Assembly (NCBI GenBank): GCA_964407105.1
Contig: CAYOUG010000002.1
Span: 76,003-140,002, forward strand
Length of the DNA: 64,000 bases
From: an uncultured Candidatus Saccharibacteria bacterium
GTDB taxonomy: Bacteria > Patescibacteriota > Minisyncoccia > Phycocordibacterales > CALRHW01
Direction of reading: 5' to 3'
Shown: one piece after another, positions 57,208 to 64,000 of the stretch
How the letters are laid out: each line of letters starts with the position of its first letter
Numbering within the stretch: the first letter of the stretch is position 1
Made by a program: the position numbers and the translations under genes
Notes under the pieces: model-generated
What the model saw: the letters and a program-made list of their open reading frames with translations, nothing else
Told to the model about the DNA's origin: nothing
The model's database searches: none

Positions 57208-59058
57208 TTATATCTCAAGCACCGCTTTTATTCTACGTACTCCAGCTGACACCGCTTCTTCTTTTAAAATTTTAAATTTTCCAATTTCTTCTGTGTTTTT
57301 AACATGGGGACCACCACAAAATTCTTTTGAGTATGCGTTTTCAAGAGTGTCGCCAATAAAATATATACTTACCTCATCACCGTATTTTTCTCCAAATAAA
57401 TGTCGTGCACCAGTTTTTTCAGCTTCACTTTTTGGAAGTATTATTTGTTGTACGGGAAGTTTTTCTGCAATTTTTTCATTCACAATATTTTCTACTTGAT
57501 GTTTTTCTTCTTCAGTCATTTTTTGTGAATGAGTAAAATCAAAACGAAGTCTTTCAGAAGTAATGTTTGATCCTTTTTGCTCTACGTGTGAGCCGAGCAC
57601 ATCATGAAGAGCTTGGTGAAGAAGGTGTGTTGCTGTGTGGTATTTTATAATCACGGGATCATTTGTATCAGCAAGACCGCCTTTAAATTTTTGTTCAGCT
57701 CCAACACGAGAAAGTGTTTGGTGTTCCTCTAGCATGCGATTAAAAGCAGACATATCGACATCTTTTCCGTTTGCTTTTGCAACCTCTACAATTAATTCAA
57801 TCGGCATGCCGTGTGAAGCATATAAATTAAAAACGGTTGTGGGTGGTAGTGTTTTTGAAATAACGGTTCCATTGATTTGCAAAGTTGCAATTTCTTCTTC
57901 GATATATTTTAGTCCATCCGTAAGAGTTTTTTTAAATTTTTCAATTTCTTCATTAATAATTTTTTTTATGAATTCTTTTTTTGTGCCGATCTCTGGATAA
58001 GAATTTTTATATGTAGAAACAATGGAAGATACAATTTTTGCAATATCTTCTAAAGAAATTTGTTTTTTCTCTGTATAAAACACCGACCGTCTCAAAAGTC
58101 GCCGTAAAATATATCCTCGGCCGGTGTTTGAGGGTATTACTCCATCTGTAATCAAAAAAACTGCCGTGCGCGTATGATCTGCAATAATTCGAGTAGAAAT
58201 CTCATCTTTTGCTATAGTACGAGTAATTTTTATGAGTTCGGTAAATAAATCTGTTTCAAAAATACTTTGTACGCCCTCAATTACCGCTGTTAGTCTTTCA
58301 AGTCCAGCGCCGGTGTCTACGTTTTTATTTGGAAGCTGGCCCACAATGATGCCGTCTTTTTTTAGATATTCCATAAACACGTTGTTCCAAATTTCAACAA
58401 CATGTTGATCGAGATCTGCTTGTATATATTTCTCTTGGGTCATACCACCAGTAAGTGTGCCAGTAAGATCATAAAACATTTCGGTATCTGGACCACAAGG
58501 GCCGTTGTCGCCAGCACTCCACCAGTTGGATTTTGCTGACATAAAATATATACGTTCACCAGAAATGCCATTTTTCTCAAAAATTTCTTTCCATATTTTA
58601 TAAGATTCTTCGTCACGGGGCGCATTTTCATCACCCTCAAATACGGTGATATAAAGTCGGTGCGGATCAAGTCCGAGCCCCTCTTTTTTTGATGTAAGAA
58701 ATTCATAACTCCAATTGATGGATTCTTTTTTCCAATAATCTCCAAGCGACCAGTTTCCAAGCATTTCAAAAAATGTAGCGTGAGTGTTGTCGCCGATAGA
58801 ATCAATGTCTACTGTGCGTACACATTTTTGTACGCTCGCAAGACGAGTTCCAGCTGGATGAGTTTCTCCTAAAAGATACGGCACAAGAGGTTGCATTCCA
58901 GCGGTATTGAAAAGAGTTGAGTCGGTTACGCTTTTTTGATCAGGAGTCACAAGAGATGCTGATGGTAAAATGGCGTGCTGTCGTTTCTCAAAAAAAGCTA
59001 TAAATCGCGAGCGAATGTCGTGGGATTGCATTGTTTGCATATACAAGATATTACACAA
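57208..59058 (-). CDS. alaS: Alanine--tRNA ligase, short form (catalytic plus editing domains, no C-terminal domain)
   Basis: FNTAGMQPLVPYLLG class II core; HxxxH (HTATHLLHQALHDVLGSHV) and CGGPHV editing motifs; 616 aa. Confidence 0.85.
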   Translation of the reverse strand: MCNILYMQTMQSHDIRSRFIAFFEKRQHAILPSASLVTPDQKSVTDSTLFNTAGMQPLVPYLLGETHPAGTRLASVQKCVRTVDIDSIGDNTHATFFEMLGNWSLGDYWKKESINWSYEFLTSKKEGLGLDPHRLYITVFEGDENAPRDEESYKIWKEIFEKNGISGERIYFMSAKSNWWSAGDNGPCGPDTEMFYDLTGTLTGGMTQEKYIQADLDQHVVEIWNNVFMEYLKKDGIIVGQLPNKNVDTGAGLERLTAVIEGVQSIFETDLFTELIKITRTIAKDEISTRIIADHTRTAVFLITDGVIPSNTGRGYILRRLLRRSVFYTEKKQISLEDIAKIVSSIVSTYKNSYPEIGTKKEFIKKIINEEIEKFKKTLTDGLKYIEEEIATLQINGTVISKTLPPTTVFNLYASHGMPIELIVEVAKANGKDVDMSAFNRMLEEHQTLSRVGAEQKFKGGLADTNDPVIIKYHTATHLLHQALHDVLGSHVEQKGSNITSERLRFDFTHSQKMTEEEKHQVENIVNEKIAEKLPVQQIILPKSEAEKTGARHLFGEKYGDEVSIYFIGDTLENAYSKEFCGGPHVKNTEEIGKFKILKEEAVSAGVRRIKAVLEI

Positions 59059-59662
59059 ATTGTTTCAACACCGCAAAATCAGTTTTAAGCTCATCTTTTG
59101 TTTTTGCGTTATATACAGCCACCGCCGGATGATAAAGTGGAATAATTTCTACAGTACCGTATGAGGTTTGCGCGGTAAATTGTTTGCCGTGCATTTTTGA
59201 AATCAACCCAAGCTCGTTTTCTAAACCCATTTTTTTCATAATATACACCATAGAATATCTGCCAAGTGTGGCGATTACTTTTGGTTGGATAATATCTATT
59301 TGTCGATCTAAAAACGAACCATAAATTTCTATTTCTTTCGGTAAAGGATCTCTGTTGAACGGTGGGCGATCTTTTATGATATTTGTAATATAAACATTTT
59401 CTCGAGCAATTTTCGCTGATTCAAGAAGCTCATTTAAAATTTTTCCTGACGCACCCACAAACGGCCTGCCAGTAGCGGCTTCATTTTTTCCTGGAGCTTC
59501 GCCAATAAACATAATGTGTGAAAAATGACTTCCCTCGCCTATTACTGGAAATACTTTATTTTTTATACGATCTGCATAAAGTGGGGATGATTTTAGATTC
59601 ATGACCTCGTCACGAATTTTTTTAAGTTTATTTTTTCGATCTTCAATCTCAGTTTTTTTCAT
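59051..59662 (-). CDS. Uracil-DNA glycosylase, family 4
   Basis: GEAPGKNE motif A, then HPAV region; overlaps alaS start by 8 nt. Confidence 0.8.
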   Translation of the reverse strand: MKKTEIEDRKNKLKKIRDEVMNLKSSPLYADRIKNKVFPVIGEGSHFSHIMFIGEAPGKNEAATGRPFVGASGKILNELLESAKIARENVYITNIIKDRPPFNRDPLPKEIEIYGSFLDRQIDIIQPKVIATLGRYSMVYIMKKMGLENELGLISKMHGKQFTAQTSYGTVEIIPLYHPAVAVYNAKTKDELKTDFAVLKQFV

Positions 59663-59679
59663 TGATTTTTAATCAAAAC

Positions 59680-60504
59680 CTAAAATAAAGTAGAGTCAGT
59701 ATTTTTTTTATCTGAATCTTTTGTAGATTTTTTTACAGAAGTTTTTTTTGTCGATTGTGTCTCGTTAATCACCGCGTCAGTATATGCACAATAATCACAA
59801 TGTGCACCAGCTTTTGGTATTCGATCATCAAGTAAACATTTTTTAAGAGTTTCTAATGTTTTTTCAATCCACGTATCTGAACCCTTGTATGGAATAATAC
59901 TTACTTCGAATTCGAGTTTACCATCAAATGATTGTCGATCTCGTTTACCGTTTGCGTAGACGAAATATCCGGTATCAGAAACAGTAAATCCTTTCTGACG
60001 CAACAACCACTGATACACCTCCATTTGTCGTTTGTATCCATCTTGCCATTCAGCATCTAAATTAACCTCACTTTCTTTACTTGTGGCTTTATAATCAACC
60101 ACAATGAGTTCATCTTTTTTATTTATCCAAACATCATCTACCGCTCCAGTTATAAGCAAATTGCTTGATTTGTGTATCGTTTGCACACCGACAAAATTTT
60201 CTCGCCACGTGTCCATTTCTTTGTGGGCAAAAGGAATTGCGTCTATTTTGTAAGTGTCCATTAAGGGATGTGGTGTTTTTTGGGCGCGATGTATATCAAA
60301 TTCTTTTTTAAGCAAATGATCAACAGCACTATTTAAATTAAATGGAAAACCCGGGGGACGACCCACACCAAGTCGTCTATCAAGATAAAAACATCGAGGA
60401 CATTCTACAAAAAGATCGATTTTTGATCTACTGATACGAAACGGCTCTGTACTTGATGGATTAAATAAACCTCGCGTTTTTTTTGCAAAATAATATTCGG
60501 ACAT
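59680..60504 (-). CDS. PD-(D/E)XK nuclease with Cas4-like 4-Cys signature (RecB-family exonuclease)
   Basis: N-terminal CPRCFY; central D...VDYKAT (D/ExK); C-terminal CDYCAY. Confidence 0.55.
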   Translation of the reverse strand: MSEYYFAKKTRGLFNPSSTEPFRISRSKIDLFVECPRCFYLDRRLGVGRPPGFPFNLNSAVDHLLKKEFDIHRAQKTPHPLMDTYKIDAIPFAHKEMDTWRENFVGVQTIHKSSNLLITGAVDDVWINKKDELIVVDYKATSKESEVNLDAEWQDGYKRQMEVYQWLLRQKGFTVSDTGYFVYANGKRDRQSFDGKLEFEVSIIPYKGSDTWIEKTLETLKKCLLDDRIPKAGAHCDYCAYTDAVINETQSTKKTSVKKSTKDSDKKNTDSTLF

Positions 60505-60514
60505 TTTTTATTTT

Positions 60515-61333
60515 TTAAAGTGTGCCAATTTCTTCAAACACATCTGCAATTTCTTTTTCCTGAAAACCAAGAGTAGAGAGTACTTCTTTGTGATCTTGAA
60601 GTTGTTTACAGAGAACAATATTTTGTTCTACAAGCATTTTTGTTTGTGTTGGGCTAATAGATTTTAGACAAGTTATAGGATGTAAGCCCGCATCTTCTAT
60701 AAGATCTTGCAAGTTTCCTTTACTTGGAAAATTCCACCCAACCATGTGTATGTGATTACACATACCATACTCTATTGCTGTGCTGGTAAACTTTGTATTT
60801 GTTACAAGCCATCCCTCGTCGAGTTTACGTAGTTTGCCGTATAAAAATTCAATATCACTTAAATCATCAAAACGTGCTTTTACATAAAGTGCCACCTTTA
60901 AATCAGAGCGAAGCCCTAGTTCATTGTGAAATTTCACCTCACTCATAATCAATTTTTTTTCATTGTATGCCACCACGTCCACTTCGTGTTCGACACATTT
61001 ACCTTGCACTATTTGTCCCGTTATAGCTGTATATCCTTTACTTTTAAAAATTTCAGCGACAAATTTTTCAAAAGGAAAACCGGTTGGACCGAGATCCATA
61101 ATTGCTCGTCTCAATGAATATCGACGCGCTACGGGTTTTTCAAATTTATGAAGAAGGAAAAAGGCATGTGAGTAAATAAGTGCAGTGCTCATTCCCTCTT
61201 CGAGCTCATCTTCTATGTGTTGAACAATTAAGTCAGTTGTCTTTGACGATGCCCCCGAACGTCTAAGTGAATGCTCAAGTTTACTCCTATCAAATTCTTC
61301 CTGTTGTCCACTCGCTTTAGTAATAATTGGCAT
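60515..61333 (-). CDS. Hypothetical ATP-cone-like N-terminal domain fused to restriction-endonuclease-like (Mrr-cat-like) domain
   Basis: N-terminus IITKASGQQEEFDRSKLEHSLRRSG resembles ATP-cone; middle EVDVVAY...LIMSEVKF resembles REase-fold core. Confidence 0.35.
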   Translation of the reverse strand: MPIITKASGQQEEFDRSKLEHSLRRSGASSKTTDLIVQHIEDELEEGMSTALIYSHAFFLLHKFEKPVARRYSLRRAIMDLGPTGFPFEKFVAEIFKSKGYTAITGQIVQGKCVEHEVDVVAYNEKKLIMSEVKFHNELGLRSDLKVALYVKARFDDLSDIEFLYGKLRKLDEGWLVTNTKFTSTAIEYGMCNHIHMVGWNFPSKGNLQDLIEDAGLHPITCLKSISPTQTKMLVEQNIVLCKQLQDHKEVLSTLGFQEKEIADVFEEIGTL

Positions 61334-61342
61334 GTGTGACGG

Positions 61343-62359
61343 TTATTTATCTAAGTATAATGCGCGATTAATCTTATGTTTTTCAAAATCAATCGCATAA
61401 TACATTGTACCGCTTTTGCTTGAAAGAAAATATAGATAATCTGTTTCTGTGGGGGTTACGGCGGCTTCTATAGAATCAAGTCCGGGGTTTGATATTGGTG
61501 TTGGTGGTAATCCTGAATATTTATAAGTGTTATACGGTGAATCTACCTCTAAATCATCGAGTGTGAGTTCAAATGTATTTTTTCCGTTAACATATTGAAA
61601 TGTTACGTCTACCTGTAACGGCATACCTATCAAAATACGTTTCCAAAGAATGCCGGAAATAATGCGACGTGTTTCTGTGGTGCGCGCCTCTTCCTCAATA
61701 ATAGAAGCGATTGTAAGAATATCTTTTAGTGGTTTTTTAAAATTGATTATTTTTTCACTAAGAGACTTTGTTTTTTGTTCAAAGTTTTTTTCCATCATTG
61801 TAAGTACATCTTTTGAAGTAGCATATGGAAAAACAAAATATGTATCTGGAAACATATAACCTTCTTTTGCTGATTTTAGAAAATCTTCTCTTTTAAAATT
61901 TGGCAGTTTTGCTGAAAAAATATCTGAGATTTCAAAAACATTTGATCCTTCTGGAATGGTTATTTTTAAAGGAATGATTTGGCCATCACCCGCCGTAAGA
62001 CGACGCATAACTCGATAAACACTCTCTGGTTTTGTAAAAATATATTCCCCCGCTTGTATACCTTTTTCTTGACCAAACAAGAGAATGAGCATTTTAAATA
62101 TATCGGGCGAGTTGATAATATGATTTTTATACAAAGAATCTGCAACATAAGACATCGTGGCACCTTCGGGCACAGTATATTGCACTTGGTAAGGAGTGTT
62201 TTTTGGTGTTTGTATAAATATCGTATAAGAAATTGCTGAAATAATTACGATTACTCCAAATATTGAAGCTGAAGTTTTTAGATGGTTTTTTACAAACAAA
62301 AAGAGTTGGTCTTGCAACCCCCTTTGTTTTTTTTCTGGTTTTAGTGTGGTATCAGACAT
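61343..62359 (-). CDS. mltG: Endolytic murein transglycosylase MltG (YceG-like)
   Basis: N-terminal TM; C-terminal YNTYKYSGLPPTPISNPGLDSIEAA...YLYF. Confidence 0.8.
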   Translation of the reverse strand: MSDTTLKPEKKQRGLQDQLFLFVKNHLKTSASIFGVIVIISAISYTIFIQTPKNTPYQVQYTVPEGATMSYVADSLYKNHIINSPDIFKMLILLFGQEKGIQAGEYIFTKPESVYRVMRRLTAGDGQIIPLKITIPEGSNVFEISDIFSAKLPNFKREDFLKSAKEGYMFPDTYFVFPYATSKDVLTMMEKNFEQKTKSLSEKIINFKKPLKDILTIASIIEEEARTTETRRIISGILWKRILIGMPLQVDVTFQYVNGKNTFELTLDDLEVDSPYNTYKYSGLPPTPISNPGLDSIEAAVTPTETDYLYFLSSKSGTMYYAIDFEKHKINRALYLDK

Positions 62360-62383
62360 AAATAGATTTTCGGTATAAAAATA

Positions 62384-63640
62384 TTAAATAGGAAGATTTG
62401 GTGGTGGTTCTGCCTTTTTTGACATACTTTTTTGTATGGTTGGTGTTGTCGCAACGCTTCCTGGAAAATGAAAAATCGTTGCAAGCTCTTCCGTATTTAA
62501 AATGAATGGTTTTTGTTTGAAGTGTTTATATGGTGGTTGAAAAAAAGATCGACGTTTATAAGCATCAAGCATTTTTTTCTCTATTGCATTTCGACGATAA
62601 CGCCGAAAATCTTGCCATGGATAATTGAAATCTGTAAACTTACCAAGTTTAAAACCATTTAGATTTTGTGAACCATATTGTCTAACACTACCAATAAGAC
62701 CAACAATATTTACTGGATTAAAGGCTTCGGGTGTAGAAATATAAAACCCTCGCATTGCAACCTCAAAAGGAAGTTTCGTAAGTTCACGTTCAAGAGCGGT
62801 GATAAGATCTTGTTCGCCTTTTGTGGGTATACGATATGATGATTTACTTTCTGATTCCCCACCATCTGTTTTTAATTTATCTATAAGCTCTTTTATTTTC
62901 TTTTTTCCAGGATCTTCCCAGTTTGGTTTTTTAAATAAACGACCGTCTGTAAGATCTTCTTTTTTGTGAGCCTGAATTAATATTTGAATCCAAGCCTGTT
63001 CTCCTTTTTTTATCGAACCCAAATATTCTAATACTGAGGTTATTGGATCAATTTTAAATTCTTCTTTAGGGTCTTTATCAAGGCCATAGTCTACGTATGT
63101 TTTTATAGGATATACATCATCCTTAGATAGTTTAAAATATGTTGCCCAAAAAGGAGGTGCTCCTCCTGGCTTTAGTTTTCCTGAATGATAAACATTTTTT
63201 GTGTAATCTTCTGCCTCATGTATTTCAACTCCAGGATATTGTGCGTAAATTTGTGTTTCAACAAGTTTGCGAAGTTTTGGTCTTGTCCACACATAAAAAT
63301 GTACGTTGCCATCTATAGATACAAGTTCGAAAGAAAACCATGGTCGTGATTTTCCAGAAATATACATATCAACATAATTATTGTTACCACTTAAATAAAG
63401 TGACGTGAAAACAAGCTCCATAGCAAGAGGAGACTTTAAAATTTCTCTGGGAAGTTTAATTTCTAGAAGTACAGAACCTTCTTTTTCAATAAAACGCATA
63501 CGAACATATCGCATCCATATATCAAGAGCGATTGATGCAAGAAGGATCGGCATCCACAGTGGAAGCAATTTATATATAATTCCCAAAACTTCAAAAAGCA
63601 AATCCATGTGTTTTATTTTACCATAAACAAAAAACCCCAT
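62384..63640 (-). CDS. Hypothetical membrane-anchored protein
   Basis: N-terminal TM (LLPLWMPILLASIALDIW); 418 aa; no motif recognised. Confidence 0.35.
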   Translation of the reverse strand: MGFFVYGKIKHMDLLFEVLGIIYKLLPLWMPILLASIALDIWMRYVRMRFIEKEGSVLLEIKLPREILKSPLAMELVFTSLYLSGNNNYVDMYISGKSRPWFSFELVSIDGNVHFYVWTRPKLRKLVETQIYAQYPGVEIHEAEDYTKNVYHSGKLKPGGAPPFWATYFKLSKDDVYPIKTYVDYGLDKDPKEEFKIDPITSVLEYLGSIKKGEQAWIQILIQAHKKEDLTDGRLFKKPNWEDPGKKKIKELIDKLKTDGGESESKSSYRIPTKGEQDLITALERELTKLPFEVAMRGFYISTPEAFNPVNIVGLIGSVRQYGSQNLNGFKLGKFTDFNYPWQDFRRYRRNAIEKKMLDAYKRRSFFQPPYKHFKQKPFILNTEELATIFHFPGSVATTPTIQKSMSKKAEPPPNLPI

Positions 63641-63658
63641 CTACGGGGTTTTTTGTTT
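63629..63658. terminator. Bidirectional intrinsic terminator
   Basis: AAAAACCCCATCTACGGGGTTTTTTG between convergent/tandem minus-strand genes. Confidence 0.6.
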
Positions 63659-63660
63659 GT

Positions 63661-64000
63661 TTATGCAACCGTGTATTTGTTGTCTTTACTTTTCTTGAAA
63701 AATTTAGGATTTTGGAGATTTACAAGAATAGTGTTTTCTTTTACATATCGCTCTTTCAGAACCCTTTGGATGATTTCTTCTTTTGTTAAAGGTCCTTCTT
63801 TTTCTATAATTTTTCGAATAACATCTTTTACAACACCACTTATATAACCCCACTCAGCTAGAGCATACAGACCACGGCCCACAAGTACAAAACGTGGATC
63901 TTTTATGAGTTCATTGTGTGTCGTTGCAACGTGCGCTTTCTTTTTAAAGATTTTTTCAATTGAGCTCGCAACTTCGCGGAAATGAATTGGAGATCCGTGT
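63661..64000 (-). CDS. Hypothetical protein, 3' end only (5' part beyond window); C-terminal winged-helix-like domain
   Basis: Frame stays open to the window edge; ...VLVGRGLYALAEWGYISGVVKDVIRKIIEKEGPLTKEEII. Confidence 0.3.
   Translation of the reverse strand, partial: HGSPIHFREVASSIEKIFKKKAHVATTHNELIKDPRFVLVGRGLYALAEWGYISGVVKDVIRKIIEKEGPLTKEEIIQRVLKERYVKENTILVNLQNPKFFKKSKDNKYTVA

Noticed and set aside
1-64000. CRISPR arrays, tRNA/rRNA genes, IS elements or transposases
   Set aside because: No regularly spaced direct repeats. No tRNA-like T-arm/anticodon-stem patterns found in intergenic regions. No transposase or integrase motifs in any ORF.

Overview
This is a low-GC (about 33-36%) bacterial chromosomal window. 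It is compact and densely coded, and it reads like a small-genome Patescibacteria/CPR-like or minimal Gram-positive-like organism, though I cannot fix the taxonomy from sequence alone. Recognisable content, left to right: a type IV pilus / T2SS-like operon (PilB, PilC, three prepilin-like proteins, one fused to an LVIVD beta-propeller); NDH-2 and DoxX; RecR, DnaB and CysS on the minus strand; a CorA-like protein, Ctp protease, L9 and L27; a MacAB-like ABC efflux trio plus MarR; TrhO/YceA; an SLT-like protein; a YgjP-like metallohydrolase; a glycoside-hydrolase islet (GH5-like, GH1, CAP-domain protein); FemAB, an M23 peptidase, GltX, MurG, FtsW, MraY and a DacA-like PBP; ScpA/ScpB and a histidine kinase; GNAT, MBL-fold and NERD proteins; AspS and TrpS; a TraB/GumN-like protein; the grpE-dnaK-dnaJ operon; an S9/L13/L17/rpoA/S4/S11/S13/L36/IF-1 ribosomal block; AlaS; and a UDG4 / Cas4-like nuclease / ATP-cone-nuclease trio followed by MltG. 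No rRNA, tRNA or CRISPR was found. The most unusual signal is a set of compositionally foreign (about 48-52% GC) orphan single-gene cassettes. Each carries its own near-consensus sigma70 promoter, an AAGGAG RBS and an intrinsic terminator, and they sit inside the AT-rich backbone. Two of them share a TACTGnnCAGTA palindrome exactly at the predicted transcription start. One is flanked by a 13-nt direct repeat and a putative small RNA. All functional calls come from motif recognition in the translated ORFs. No database search was possible.
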